DNA of 64,000 nucleotides from an uncultured Acidimicrobiia bacterium (GCA_963752335.1 CAVVXW010000003.1:14700-78699); one strand, 5' to 3'. Shown: positions 1 through 10,452, numbered from the stretch's first letter. Numbers and translations: made by a program. The notes: generated by a model not told the origin, from the letters alone.

Positions 1-1
1 C

Positions 2-559
2 GAGCCGCACCGCGGCAACCCGCACATCGGCTACGTGCCGCAGAACTACACGGCCGAGATCGGCGAGGCCATCCGCTGTCGCGATCTCGTCACCCTCGGG
101 CGCACGGGCACGCGCTGGGGTCTCGGCGGCCGGTCCGGCGAGCGGGCGCGCGTCGACGCGGCGCTCGACGCGGTCTCCGCGCTCGATGTGGCGAACCGGC
201 GCGTCTCGCAGCTCTCGGGGGGTCAGCAGCAGCGCGTCGCGATCGCGCAGGCGCTCGTCGGCGATCCCGACCTGCTCCTCCTCGACGAACCGCTCGCCAA
301 CCTCGACGTCCGCAACCAGCACGAGATCGTCGAGCTCCTCGGCCGGCTGCACGCCGAACGCTCCGTCACCGTCCTCGTCGTCGTGCACGACCTGAACCCC
401 CTGCTGTCGATCCTCGACGGCGCGATCTACCTTCTGGACGGTCACGCCCACTACGGCGCAATCGGCGAAGTCGTCGACAGCGAGCTGCTCACCCATCTCT
501 ACGACACGCCGATCAAGGTCGTGCGCACCGCGCAGGGCGACCTGTTCACCCGAGGCTGA
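2..559 (+). CDS. Metal-type ABC transporter ATP-binding protein (ZnuC/MntA-like), 5' partial
   Basis: Frame stays open to the window edge (..HIGYVPQNYTAEIG.. precedes the ORF-track Met at 35). ABC signature LSGGQQQRVAIAQAL, Walker B LLLLDEP, H-loop VVVHDL. The permease gene starts 5 nt downstream. Confidence 0.85.
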   Translation, partial: EPHRGNPHIGYVPQNYTAEIGEAIRCRDLVTLGRTGTRWGLGGRSGERARVDAALDAVSALDVANRRVSQLSGGQQQRVAIAQALVGDPDLLLLDEPLANLDVRNQHEIVELLGRLHAERSVTVLVVVHDLNPLLSILDGAIYLLDGHAHYGAIGEVVDSELLTHLYDTPIKVVRTAQGDLFTRG

Positions 560-564
560 TCCTG

Positions 565-1491
565 ATGATGCACGTGCTGGCCGACGTCGGGTACCAGGCC
601 AACTGGGCCGAGGTGCTCCGGGCGGGGTTCATGCGCAACGCGTTCATCGGCGGGACGCTCGTCGCGGTCGCGTCGGGCCTGATCGGCTACTTCGTGGTGA
701 TCCGGCGCGACGCGTTCGCTGCCCACGCGCTCGCCCACATCGGCTTTCCCGGCGCGACCTTCGCGGTGCTCGCGGGGATACCGGTCACCCTGGGGCTCGC
801 GATCTTCTGCGTCAGCGGGGGACTCGCGATCGGTGCGCTCGGGAAGCGGGTGACGAACCGCGAGGTCTCCACCGGCACGATCCTGGCCGTCGCGACCGGC
901 CTCGGGGTCCTCTTCGCGTCGCTGGCGTCCGAGAACACGAGCACGCTCACGAGCGTCCTGTTCGGCAACCTGCTCGCGATCTCCCACGCCCAGATCCGAA
1001 CCTTCACGGCGTTCACCCTCGCGTTGACGGTGGCCCTCGCCGTCATCGCCCGCCCACTGCTCTTCGCGTCGGTCGACCCGCAGGTGGCCGAGGCGAAGGG
1101 TGTCGCGGTGCGGCCGCTCGGGATCGCGTTCATGGTGCTCCTGGCCCTCGCGATCACGATGGCGGTCCAGGTCGTCGGCACCCTGCTGCTGTTCGCGCTG
1201 GTCGTGACGCCGGCCGCGACTGCGCTGGCGATCACGGCCCGGCCCGCCGCCGTCGTCGCCCTCGGTACCGGGATCGGGCTCGCCGCAGTCTGGCTCGGCC
1301 TCGTCGTCGCGGTGATGTTCAACCTGCCCCCGAGCTTCTGCATCGTGAGCCTCGCGTTCCTGACCTGGCTCACCGCGCTCGGCATCACGAGAACGCGCCA
1401 CGGGCGCGTCCGATCAGGCTCGGGTACGACGGGTCACGACCACCACGGCGGCGACCGCCACCATCCCGAATCCGCCGAGCTCAGCCTCTGA
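565..1491 (+). CDS. Metal ABC transporter permease (ABC-3 / ZnuB-MntB-like)
   Basis: 308-aa polytopic membrane protein directly after the ATPase. Pattern FMRNAFIGGTLVAV..GLIGYFVVIRR is typical of ABC-3 permeases. His-rich C-terminal tail GHDHHGGDRHH. Confidence 0.85.
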   Translation: MMHVLADVGYQANWAEVLRAGFMRNAFIGGTLVAVASGLIGYFVVIRRDAFAAHALAHIGFPGATFAVLAGIPVTLGLAIFCVSGGLAIGALGKRVTNREVSTGTILAVATGLGVLFASLASENTSTLTSVLFGNLLAISHAQIRTFTAFTLALTVALAVIARPLLFASVDPQVAEAKGVAVRPLGIAFMVLLALAITMAVQVVGTLLLFALVVTPAATALAITARPAAVVALGTGIGLAAVWLGLVVAVMFNLPPSFCIVSLAFLTWLTALGITRTRHGRVRSGSGTTGHDHHGGDRHHPESAELSL

Positions 1492-1497
1492 CCCTGC

Positions 1498-1962
1498 TCA
1501 GCCCGCGGCGCGATGGATCGCCCTCCGGATCCGGCAGTAGGTGCCGCAACGACACACGTTTTCGATCGCGTCGATGTCCGCGTCGGTCGGGTGCGGGTGG
1601 GCGGCGAGCAGCGCGACCGCGGTCATGATCTGGCCGGGCTGGCAGAAGCCGCACTGGGCCACGTCCTCGTCGATCCAGGCCTGCTGGACCGGGTGCAACG
1701 AGCCGCCGTCGGTGAGCCCCTCGATCGTCGTCACGACGTGACCCGCGCAGTCGGCGACGGGCGTGATGCACGGGTTGAACACGGCACCATCCAGGTGGCT
1801 CGTGCACGCCTTGCACACCCCCACGCCGCAGCCGTACTTCGGCCCGGTCACGCCGAGGCGGTCGCGGAGCACCCACAGCATCGGCTCGTCCGCCTCGGCC
1901 GTGACCGTGGTGGTGGCGCCGTTGAGCGTGAAGGTGTAGCTGGGCATCGCGGCGCTCCTCAC
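1498..1962 (-). CDS. [2Fe-2S]-binding small subunit of an aldehyde oxidase/xanthine dehydrogenase-family enzyme (IorA/CoxS-like)
   Basis: 154 aa with Cys clusters CGVGVCKAC and [10 protein letters not shown]. Has a 4-nt ATGA overlap with the large subunit. Confidence 0.85.
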   Translation of the reverse strand: MRSAAMPSYTFTLNGATTTVTAEADEPMLWVLRDRLGVTGPKYGCGVGVCKACTSHLDGAVFNPCITPVADCAGHVVTTIEGLTDGGSLHPVQQAWIDEDVAQCGFCQPGQIMTAVALLAAHPHPTDADIDAIENVCRCGTYCRIRRAIHRAAG

Positions 1963-4181
1963 CCCGAGATCGGGAAGCTGGTCGGCGTCGTTCCGGTCGC
2001 GCGCGCGTACGCGTTGGCGACCGCGGCCGCGGCGGCGGGGAACCCGAGCTCGCCGGCGCCACCGGGTTCGCCGGTCGGTGGCATGACGGCGACGTCGATC
2101 TCGGGTGGGCTGTCCGCCATGCGCGCGAAGCGGTAGTCCGAGTAGCTGCCTTCACGGACCGCGCCGCCGTCGATGTGGAGACCGGCCTGCAACGTCATCG
2201 ACAGGCCGTCCACCAGCACCCCCTGCGCCTGCGCCTCCAACCCGCGGGGGTTCACCGCGCGCCCGACGTCGACCGCGCAGACCCCCCTGGTGACCCGTGG
2301 CGCCTGCGGATCGCGACAGTCGATCTCCACCAGGTAGGCGATGACGGACTTGTACTCCTCGTGGATCGCAACGCCCTGCGCGGTGCCCGCCGGCATCGGT
2401 CGCCCCCACTGGCCGTCGGCGGCGACTCGATCGAGCACGGCGCGAACGCGCGTCGACGTGAGCTGCTTGCGGCGGAACGCCACGGGATCGGTGTGCAGTG
2501 CCCGCGCGATCTCGTCCACCATGATCTCGTTCACGGTGGCGGTCTGGCCCGAGTAGATGGACCGCCACGAACCCGTCGGGAACGCGAGGGGAACGTCGGT
2601 GAGCGTCTGGGTCGCGACCCCGAAGGCGTACGGCAGGTTCTGGCTGAGCGTGAAGACGGACTGGGTGACCGTGGGGCTGAGCGCACCGAAGCCGGCCGCG
2701 GAGAGGGCCTCGCCCAGGCCGTGGGAGAAGTCGACCGGCAACGTCGCCGTCCGGTGCTCGTAGGCGCGCACTCCACCCAGCAGCATCGTTGCCCGCACCT
2801 TGTGATGGCTCGCGGGCCGCATGCGCCCGTGGCGGACGTCGTCGTTGCGGGTCCACATCAGCTTGACGGGACGGCGCAGCGCCTTCGAGATCTGGGCCGC
2901 CTCGATCGCGGGCTCGAAGAACAGCCGGTGGCCGAAGGAGCCACCGGCGCGCACGACGTGGAGCGTCACCTGGTCAGGCGCCAGGCCCACCGCGGCGGCG
3001 ACCGACTGGGCGGCGACGATCGGGCTCTTGGCTCCGTACCAGAGCTCGGCCGAATCGGACCGGACGTCGGCCACACACGTCAGGACCTCGAGCGGCGCGT
3101 GAGGCGCGAAGGCGAAGTCGAACTCGCGCGTCACCGAGAGAGCTCCGAGCGGCGGTGCGAGGAACGGCGGCGCGGCGGCGCGGAGCCGGGCGCGGATCTG
3201 GGAATCGGAGAGACCCGCGTTCGGGCCCGGATCCCAGGCGATCCGCAGCGCGTCCCGTGCCGCCTGGGCCTGTCCGAACGTCTCGGCGGCGACGGCCACG
3301 CCACTCGGGATCGTCGTGATGCCGAGAACCCCGGCCATCGCACGGGCGGCGGAGTCGTCGACCGAGACGAGCGACCCACCGATCGTCGGAGCCCGTGCGA
3401 CGACGGTCGGCGCGCCCGCGATGTCGAGGTCCAGCGCGTATTCGGCGGCGCCGGTGACGATGTCACGCGCGTCGAACCGCGTCGTGGGCGTACCGACGAT
3501 CGTGAACTGGCTCGGATCCTTCGGGGTCGCCGGCACCGACGGGACCCCTACCCGCGCGGCCGCGGCCGAGAGCGAGCCGTAGGTCGCGGTCCGACCGTCC
3601 GGGGCGTGGACGACGGAGCTCTCGGTGGTCAGCGTGGAGGCGCTGACCCCGAACCGCTCGGCGGCGGCAGTGACCAGTCGGGCTCGCGCTGCGGCCGCGA
3701 CCGCGCGCATCGGGGGATACAAGGCGTGCACCGAGTTCGACGCCCCGGTGAGCTGGTTCCAGATCAGCTCGGGCCGGGCCTCGTCGAGCACGACCTCCAC
3801 GGCGTCGAGGCGGGCATCGAGCTCGTCGGCCGCGACCATGCCCATCGCGGTGGTGATGCCCTGGCCGACCTCGGCACGGGGCACGTGGACGACGACACGG
3901 TCATCCGGCGTGATCTCGATCTTGAGGAGGTAGGCGGTGGGCAGGGTCGCGAGGGTCAGCGCATCCGTGAGGTCGACGGCGTCGGCCACCGAGACCGACG
4001 CGCCGGCCGGTGCCGCGTCGAGACCGAGGAGATCGTCGACGCGTCCGACCACGACGGTGAGCGCGGGCGCCGCCACGACGATGGTCAGGAATCCGCGACG
4101 CGACACGCCGTGCGGCGCGTCCGCCCCCGTCGACCCGGGGCCGGGCCCGGGTGTTCGCGGTGATCGCTCCCGTGTGGACAA
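1959..4181 (-). CDS. Molybdopterin-dependent oxidoreductase large subunit (IorB-like), Tat-exported
   Basis: 740 aa with twin-arginine signal [17 protein letters not shown]. Translationally coupled to the 2Fe-2S subunit. Confidence 0.8.
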   Translation of the reverse strand: MSTRERSPRTPGPGPGSTGADAPHGVSRRGFLTIVVAAPALTVVVGRVDDLLGLDAAPAGASVSVADAVDLTDALTLATLPTAYLLKIEITPDDRVVVHVPRAEVGQGITTAMGMVAADELDARLDAVEVVLDEARPELIWNQLTGASNSVHALYPPMRAVAAAARARLVTAAAERFGVSASTLTTESSVVHAPDGRTATYGSLSAAAARVGVPSVPATPKDPSQFTIVGTPTTRFDARDIVTGAAEYALDLDIAGAPTVVARAPTIGGSLVSVDDSAARAMAGVLGITTIPSGVAVAAETFGQAQAARDALRIAWDPGPNAGLSDSQIRARLRAAAPPFLAPPLGALSVTREFDFAFAPHAPLEVLTCVADVRSDSAELWYGAKSPIVAAQSVAAAVGLAPDQVTLHVVRAGGSFGHRLFFEPAIEAAQISKALRRPVKLMWTRNDDVRHGRMRPASHHKVRATMLLGGVRAYEHRTATLPVDFSHGLGEALSAAGFGALSPTVTQSVFTLSQNLPYAFGVATQTLTDVPLAFPTGSWRSIYSGQTATVNEIMVDEIARALHTDPVAFRRKQLTSTRVRAVLDRVAADGQWGRPMPAGTAQGVAIHEEYKSVIAYLVEIDCRDPQAPRVTRGVCAVDVGRAVNPRGLEAQAQGVLVDGLSMTLQAGLHIDGGAVREGSYSDYRFARMADSPPEIDVAVMPPTGEPGGAGELGFPAAAAAVANAYARATGTTPTSFPISG

Positions 4182-4301
4182 CCAGCTCCCCCAGAGGTCC
4201 CGACGCGGACGGTGCGCGCGATATCACCGCGCACCGGGTCGACCGTACCCAGGGTGGACCGCCGTTTCGATCAACGCTCCCCCAACGTTCGCGGGACGGC
4301 C

Positions 4302-5637
4302 TCACCCAGAGCCGATGACCGCGAAGACCTCGACCTCCTCGCCCAGACCCTTGAAGCTGCGACACCCTCGACTCTCGAACGAGAGGTCGGACCCGAGGGA
4401 GAGGTCCTTGACCGTTCGGGTGACGAGGACCTCCGAGTTGTCCGCGGCATCCATGACCCGAGCGGCGAGGTTGACGGCGATCCCGGCGACGTCGTCGTCG
4501 CGAATCTCGCATTCACCGGCATGGACTCCCGTGCGAATCTCGAGACCGAGCGGCTGCCGCGCGCCGAACGATCTCCTGCGCGCACCGGACGGCTCGGGCC
4601 GGACCGTCGAAGACGGCGAGCACACCGTCGCCCGTCGTCTTCACGACCCGGCCGCGATGGGAGACCACGGCGCTCCGGCACACGGCATCGTGGGCGTCGA
4701 GCAAGCGATGCCATTCTGCGTCGCCCAGGGTCCGGGCCCGGGCGGTCGAATCGACGATGTCGGTGAACAGCACGCTGGCCAGCACCCGTTCCGACGAGAC
4801 CGGGGTGCTGGCAACGTGCCCGGTGAGGAACCGCTCGACCGCATCGACGATCAGATCCGCGTCCTCGGCGAGCCAGCTCGTGTGGAAGTCGCGCGGGAGC
4901 TCGACCAGCTCGCAGGACGGGAGGCGCTCGGCCAGGTAGCGGCCCATGGACACGGGCGCGATGGGGTCGTCCGTGCAGTGGAGCACCAGCGTCGGGTTCT
5001 GGATGCTGGGGAGCACGGAGCGCACGTCGATCTGGTTGATCAGTCCGAGGATGTGCGCGGCCTGCTGCGGGGTTGCGGTGTAGCGCTCCATCTTCGCGGC
5101 CAGACGTCGTTCGCGGTCCGGGTCGGGCGCGTGCTGGGCGAAGCGCTTGAGATAGTCGCCCGTTCCCCACGACTGCTCGACGAACGGCTGCGCGGTGGCG
5201 AGTGCCGTGCTTCCGATCGGATAGTCCGGCGCGGGAGAGTACCGAGCGAACGTTCCGTAGAGCACGAGCTTGTCGACCCGGTCGGGAAAGGTCGCGGCGA
5301 AGAGCAGCGCGAGCGGACCCCCTTCCGAGATTCCTCCAATGTGCGCGCGGTCCCAACCCACGGCGTCCATCACCGCACGGATGTCATCGACGCGGTCCTC
5401 GAAGGAACCGAAGTCGGCCGAGTGGTCGGAGAGGCCCGTGCCACGCTTGTCGAACGTGAGGGCCCGCGCGAACTCACCGCAGCGGCGGAACCCCCGCTCG
5501 AAGAAGGGCGCCTCCCAGTTCAACTCGACATGCGAGATGAAGCCGGGCACCCACACCATTCGGGGGCCATCGCCCCACTCCTGGTACGCGATCGTGACAT
5601 CTCCGCCACGCGTATAGCGGGTGACCGGCACGTCCAC
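4302..5637 (-). pseudogene. Alpha/beta-hydrolase fused to class III adenylate/guanylate cyclase domain, frame-disrupted
   Basis: Hydrolase part carries nucleophile elbow GISEGG. The cyclase domain VLFTDIVDSTA..TTGDGVLAVF (ORF 4513..5856) continues as LEIRTGVHAGECE..GIAVNLAARV in ORF 4302..4625. Frame change near 4556-4565. Start placed at GTG 5637 because the longer ORF runs into tRNA-Ala. Confidence 0.75.
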
Positions 5638-5831
5638 CCCGCCAACGGTACCGGACCCGGCGCCAGACCAACTCGGGGCCAGCGTGCGCCGCCTCGGGCC
5701 GTTGGGCGAGGAACCGCCGGGGTGCCCACGACGACGCGCCAGGGACCGTCCGTGTGGGCACGCAGTGGTCACGCCACCGATCCGGCGAACAACACGGAAC
5801 GCCAGCAACCCCGTGACCAGCGCTTCTGCGG

Positions 5832-5905
5832 TGGAGACGATGGGACTCGAACCCACGACTTCCTGCTTGCAAAGCAGGTGCTCTAGCCAACTGAGCTACG
5901 TCCCC
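5832..5905 (-). tRNA. tRNA-Ala (anticodon TGC)
   Basis: Minus-strand cloverleaf read by eye: acceptor GGGGACG/CGTCTCC with G3:U70, anticodon stem-loop CCTGC-TTTGCAA-GCAGG, T-arm GGGTTCGAGTCCC. No encoded CCA. Confidence 0.95.
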
Positions 5906-6088
5906 GAAGGTCCGTCCATCGTACGCGCCGCCCAGCCCAGCGCCCGGAGGATCGGGTCGTCCTCACATCGGCCCCGGGCAGGCGGCTCGAAGCCACGAGT
6001 CCCCGGACGGGCTCCGGCCTGACCGAACGGGCGTCAAGCGTGCCGGTCGGGGTGCCGACACATCGGGCGTGCCGACCCGGGAGCCGTC

Positions 6089-6532
6089 ATGACACCGACG
6101 GAGCAGGAAGCCGAGCTGATCGAGAGCGCCCAGCCCGTGCTGGGCGACGAGCCGATCGTCGCGGCAGGCGTCTTCGGGCTCCAGCATCTCGTGAGCGGCG
6201 CGTCCGCGTCCGACGCCGACTGGTTCACCGACCCCGAGGACGACGCGAGCGTGGGATCACCGGCTGATGTCGAGCTGATCGTGGCGGTCACCACCGAGCG
6301 CATTCACGTCATCCGCTGGGGCCATGACCCGGGACCCGAGCGCATCGTCGGGACGTTCGCCCGGGCGACGACCGAGGTCGAGATCGCCCGGTTCGGTCTC
6401 TCGCGCATGATCAAGCTCGAGGACCCGGCGAGCGGCGCGCACATCGAGCTGCACGCGTCGGTCTCACCGGCCGCTCGACGGGGTGGCCCCGATCAGCACG
6501 TGCTCGAGGAGCTGGTCCGCACCGCGGCGTGA
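6089..6532 (+). CDS. Hypothetical protein, paralog A of a tandem pair
   Basis: 147-aa ORF. Shares blocks DEPIVAAG.F and LIVAVT..RIH.. ..F.RATT....RFGL.R with the next ORF. No family recognised. Confidence 0.6.
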   Translation: MTPTEQEAELIESAQPVLGDEPIVAAGVFGLQHLVSGASASDADWFTDPEDDASVGSPADVELIVAVTTERIHVIRWGHDPGPERIVGTFARATTEVEIARFGLSRMIKLEDPASGAHIELHASVSPAARRGGPDQHVLEELVRTAA

Positions 6533-7125
6533 GGTCCCGTTCAAGCCGTGGCGCCGAGCTGCCGACGACTCCCGCCATGCGCAGGAAGCCCTGGGACCCC
6601 GCCGCGGGCGAGACCGCGGAGACGATCTTCCGGGCCACCGAGGCGGAGCTCTCCGAGCACGCCCGGACGGCGATCGTCGACGACGAGCCGATCGTGGCCG
6701 CCGGCGCCTTCTGGCCCAACGGTGCGACCAGGGAGACGATGGAGCACGGCACCGTCGGTGGGCACAAGCTCGGCGCGGTGTTCGGTCCGAACGTCGGCGT
6801 CGTGCTGGCGCTCGCGGAGGCGGCCTCGGGCCGCGGCGCGGCGCCGGAGAAGTACGACATGGCCAAACCGCTGATCGTCGCGGTCACGTCGGCCCGCATC
6901 CACATCGTGGAGCCCGCGATCGTGGGGACCCCCGCCCGGGTTGCGCAGTGCTTCGAGCGCGCGACGACCGTTGCGCACGTGAAGCGATGGGGCCTCAACC
7001 GGATCCTGTTCCTCGATGACGACGTCGCCGGCCGGCACTTCCGGCTCCTCGCCTCGATCGCCCCGTACCTGGCGCGGTCGGGACCGGAGAAGGCGGTGCT
7101 CGCCGAGATCACCGCCGCCGCCTGA
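6529..7125 (+). CDS. Hypothetical protein, paralog B of a tandem pair
   Basis: 198-aa ORF starting at a GTGA overlap with paralog A (alternative ATG at 6577). Same conserved blocks: DEPIVAAGAF, LIVAVTSARIHIV, FERATTVAHVKRWGLNR. Confidence 0.6.
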   Translation: MRSRSSRGAELPTTPAMRRKPWDPAAGETAETIFRATEAELSEHARTAIVDDEPIVAAGAFWPNGATRETMEHGTVGGHKLGAVFGPNVGVVLALAEAASGRGAAPEKYDMAKPLIVAVTSARIHIVEPAIVGTPARVAQCFERATTVAHVKRWGLNRILFLDDDVAGRHFRLLASIAPYLARSGPEKAVLAEITAAA

Positions 7126-7145
7126 CCACGGGGTGCGCGCGCCCG

Positions 7146-8627
7146 TCAGGCGGGCACCCACGTCGCGTGGAATCCGTAGGGCACCCGCTGAGGGAGCTCG
7201 ACCCGGGCCACGGGTCCCTTCGTGATCGCGGTCGCGTCGAGCACCACGAGCTCGGACCGGCGCGTCCGGTCGTCGAACTCGAACGCGAGGAGATACCCGG
7301 CGTCCTCGCCGTGCCCGGTGGGGACGAACAGCCATTCTCCCGTGTGCCGGGTCGAACCGGGGTCCCAGCTCTCGCGGGTACCACGCCGATCGTCACGCTT
7401 GATCACCCCGCCGAAGTCGACGACGGCGTCGGTCTTTCGTGTGGCCACCAGGTAGCTGTACCGCTGCGCCCGGCCCACCTGGCGCGGATCACGCGTCGGC
7501 AGCTCGCCCGGACGGTCGGTCTCGATCACCTCGTCACGGACCCGGCCCGTCGTCGTGTCAAGCGTCCACCGCCGCTCGGAGAGCTCGCCACCGAACGCGG
7601 CGCCGGGCACGAACATCGAGGACAGCCGGCAGACGTCCAGGACCACATCGGTGCCCTCTCGGTGCGCGTTGATCCCGTGGAAGACGTAACACGGGTCGAT
7701 CTCGTACCAGGTCATCTCGCTCGCGGGACCGCCGAGGGGCATCACGCCGACCCGCGCGCCGACCGACGGTGACCAGCGGTACGGCAGCGCACCGGAATCG
7801 GGGTGCTGGATCCACTTCGTGGCCGCGGCGAGATCGAACACCACGGGCAGGTCCCAGAACACGACGTCGTGCTCGGTGATGGCGAAGTCGTGCATCATCG
7901 TCGAACGCGGGATGTCGACGACCTCCGAGTGCGACAGCGTGCCGTCCGGCTCGATCACGTGGTAGGTGAGGAACGGCGCGACGAACCCGTACCCGAACGC
8001 GTGCATTCGCCCCGTCGCCGGATCGATCTTGGGGTGGGCGGTGAACGCCGTCGTCAACTTGCCGCCGAAGTCCTGGATGCCGACGGTCGACAGGTCCGAG
8101 GGGGACAGCTCGTAGGGGAAGCCGACCTCGCCGCTCGTCAGGAGCCGGCCGCCGTGGAACAGGGCCGAGACGTTGCTCTGCGTCGAGCTCCCGCCCGGCA
8201 CGCCGGCCCCGAACCCGACCCCGGCGTCGTACAGGGACGTGTGGACGTAGCGGTTGCGGTACCACCGGGCTCGGCCCGATTCGAGGCGCACGCCGTGGAC
8301 CATCCCGTCGCCGAAGAACCAGTGGCTCGAGTCCGCGTGTTGCGGGTTCGAGCCGTTGCGCACGTAGAGCCCGCTCAGCTCGGGCGGGAGCGCACCGTGC
8401 ACGTGGAGGTCGAAGGCCTCGACCTCCTTCGCGACCGGCCCGAAGTTCCCGTCGAGCCACCATCCTCGGGCGGACGGGGAACCGGACCTGCCGGCTGACG
8501 CCGACCGGGCGGCGGTGGTGTCGGCATCGCTGCCGCACGCCGCGAGGATGGACGCCAGCGGGAGGCTGCCGGCCACCAGCGCGGACCACCGCAGGAGGTC
8601 GCGCCGCGAAGGTTCGGGCCCGGTCAC
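7146..8627 (-). CDS. Carotenoid cleavage oxygenase family (RPE65/CCO) protein with Tat-lipoprotein signal
   Basis: 493 aa. N-terminus SRRDLLRWSALVAGSLPLASILAAC combines a twin-arginine motif with a lipobox. The body carries CCO-like blocks: GNFGPV..E, FGDGMVHG, HPKIDP.TG, HDFAITE, and C-terminal FHATWVP. Confidence 0.85.
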   Translation of the reverse strand: MTGPEPSRRDLLRWSALVAGSLPLASILAACGSDADTTAARSASAGRSGSPSARGWWLDGNFGPVAKEVEAFDLHVHGALPPELSGLYVRNGSNPQHADSSHWFFGDGMVHGVRLESGRARWYRNRYVHTSLYDAGVGFGAGVPGGSSTQSNVSALFHGGRLLTSGEVGFPYELSPSDLSTVGIQDFGGKLTTAFTAHPKIDPATGRMHAFGYGFVAPFLTYHVIEPDGTLSHSEVVDIPRSTMMHDFAITEHDVVFWDLPVVFDLAAATKWIQHPDSGALPYRWSPSVGARVGVMPLGGPASEMTWYEIDPCYVFHGINAHREGTDVVLDVCRLSSMFVPGAAFGGELSERRWTLDTTTGRVRDEVIETDRPGELPTRDPRQVGRAQRYSYLVATRKTDAVVDFGGVIKRDDRRGTRESWDPGSTRHTGEWLFVPTGHGEDAGYLLAFEFDDRTRRSELVVLDATAITKGPVARVELPQRVPYGFHATWVPA

Positions 8628-8703
8628 CGGGGGATGGTCCTCGATCGAGGTCGGTGCCGCAAGTTCCGCGGACCCACGGTGTTCGGGCAGATCACCGCGT
8701 GGA

Positions 8704-9237
8704 TCAGGCCATCTCGGCCGCGAGATCGGCGAGCTTCATCGTCGAGCGCCAGTTCCGTGCGGTCCCGGCGAGACCGAGCGTGCGCATCACCGCGGGCACG
8801 AACGTCGTCTTGCCCATCCCGTTCGGGGTGTGGAGGTACGCCTCACGGTCGACGACCGTCACCTCGTCCGGCACGTACGCCGCGGGGTCGAGCGCGTCGA
8901 GCGTCGGTGTCACCCCCTCGAAGAGGAAGAGGACCGACAGCTTCGTCGCGTCGTCGGTGCGGTCGGCCATCGGATTCCGCTCGACGATGGAGCGCAGCTG
9001 CCCCGCGGTGCGCGTCGCGATCCGCGTGTCGATGCCCGATGCCTCGAGGATCGCGTCGTGGAGCACCTGGGTGACCTTCCTCGCGCCGGCCCTCGACCGG
9101 AAGAGCACGTTGCCGCTCTGGATGAAGGTCGAGACGTCGTCGAACCCACACGCCTCGGCGATGGTCCGCAGATCCGCCATCTTGAGAGACCGGCCACCGA
9201 CGTTGATCCCGCCGAGCAGGGCCGCGTACACGGTCAC
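8704..9237 (-). CDS. DUF1697 family protein
   Basis: 177 aa. N-terminus MTVYAALLGGINVGGRSLKMADLR..FIQSGNVLF is characteristic of DUF1697. Confidence 0.8.
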   Translation of the reverse strand: MTVYAALLGGINVGGRSLKMADLRTIAEACGFDDVSTFIQSGNVLFRSRAGARKVTQVLHDAILEASGIDTRIATRTAGQLRSIVERNPMADRTDDATKLSVLFLFEGVTPTLDALDPAAYVPDEVTVVDREAYLHTPNGMGKTTFVPAVMRTLGLAGTARNWRSTMKLADLAAEMA

Positions 9238-9241
9238 GGCA

Positions 9242-9664
9242 CTACTTGTACCCGACCATGATGTGCTCGAGCCATGCCGGCGGCGCGGCCGACAGCAACG
9301 TGTTCAGGTCGAGGTAGTCGTGCCAGCGCACGATCTTGCCGTCGCGGATCTCCTGCACCGACACGAACGGCAGGTGCACGTGCTCGCCGGTCTCCCAGAA
9401 CCACTCCTCGGAGTGCTCGGTGATCACGGTGTCGCCGTCGGCGACGATCGTGCCGTCGTGGAGCACGTAGTCCGCCAGCGGGCCGAGACCGAGCCGCAGC
9501 CGGGCTGCCACCTCCTCGGGACCGAAGGCACCCTCCTCGGGCGCGGGGACGTCGGTGTAGTGCCCGTCGGGCGCGAAGTACGCCCCGACGGCGTCGAAGT
9601 CGCGCCGGGCGAGGTCCGCCCAGAACCGCTCGACGAGGGCCTTGTTCTCTGCAGGAGTCGTCAC
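9242..9664 (-). CDS. SnoaL-like / NTF2-fold protein (limonene-epoxide-hydrolase-like)
   Basis: C-terminal 140 codons of ORF 9242..10498 from in-frame GTG 9664 (VTTPAENKALVERFWADLARRDFDAV..). The upstream part of that ORF is R/P/G-rich and overlaps the neighbouring gene. Confidence 0.7.
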   Translation of the reverse strand: MTTPAENKALVERFWADLARRDFDAVGAYFAPDGHYTDVPAPEEGAFGPEEVAARLRLGLGPLADYVLHDGTIVADGDTVITEHSEEWFWETGEHVHLPFVSVQEIRDGKIVRWHDYLDLNTLLSAAPPAWLEHIMVGYK

Positions 9665-9696
9665 GGGCGCACCGTAACGCGGAGCCCGAGCCTCGA

Positions 9697-10452
9697 TCAG
9701 ACGTAGTCGTAGGGCTGGTCGGGCTTGCCGACCGGATCCAGACCCTGCGCGCGGACCTGGGTGGTCAGCGCGCCGTGAGGTTGGGGGACGACGAGGCGCA
9801 CCGTCGCCTCGACCCAGTGGTTCTTCGGTGGGATGCGGACGTTGCGCGGCACGAGCACGTCCAGCTGCATCGGGATCGCGTCCGCCGCACAGCAGCCGAT
9901 GCGGAACCGCGTCAGGAGGAACCGGTGCGGCCGCCCGTGGTCGTCGGGCGTCACGAACCCGAGCACCCGGACGTCGTGCGTCGCGAGATACCCCTGGTTC
10001 GAGCGTCGACGCGACACCCCGATGTAGTCCGACAGCGGCAGCTTCGGCTCGCCGCCCGCGATCGCCTCCGTCCGCAGGAACCGGGCCACGTCGAAATCGG
10101 CCAGGGGCCACTGCCGCTGCTGGAACGGGACCGCCCGGGCCGCCGAATACGAGTCGAGCGCGGCCGGCGCGAGCACGCCGGCGAGCACGGGGAGGATCAG
10201 CAGCCACGCGACCCGGGTGCCGTGGGCGTGGTCGTGCCCGTGGTCGAGATCGGATCCGCCCTCGACCGGGTCGCGGTCCCGCCATGCCGCGAGCGCCACG
10301 ACGGTGCCGAGGAGCAGCAACACCGCGCCCGCGGCGACGAGGTAGGGCCGCATGCCGGGGCGGAGGAAGTGCAGCATGCCGTCGGTGAGGCCGAGCTGGA
10401 GCGCGATCGCGCCGAGCACCGCCACCAGGATCCCGCGGTTGAGCCCGTTCAC
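9697..10452 (-). CDS. TIGR03943/DUF1980-family membrane protein (partner of COG0701 permease)
   Basis: C-terminal 251 codons of ORF 9697..12264 from GTG 10452. Two N-terminal TM helices flank a His-rich loop DLDHGHDHAHG. C-terminal RFRIGCCAADA motif. GTGA overlap with the permease stop. Confidence 0.75.
   Translation of the reverse strand: MNGLNRGILVAVLGAIALQLGLTDGMLHFLRPGMRPYLVAAGAVLLLLGTVVALAAWRDRDPVEGGSDLDHGHDHAHGTRVAWLLILPVLAGVLAPAALDSYSAARAVPFQQRQWPLADFDVARFLRTEAIAGGEPKLPLSDYIGVSRRRSNQGYLATHDVRVLGFVTPDDHGRPHRFLLTRFRIGCCAADAIPMQLDVLVPRNVRIPPKNHWVEATVRLVVPQPHGALTTQVRAQGLDPVGKPDQPYDYV

Noticed and set aside
6089-7125. A toxin-antitoxin pair, suggested by the 4-nt overlap of two small ORFs.
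   Set aside because: The two proteins are paralogues of each other. Neither shows a DNA-binding antitoxin-like or known toxin motif. The 4-nt overlap is the default junction in this genome.
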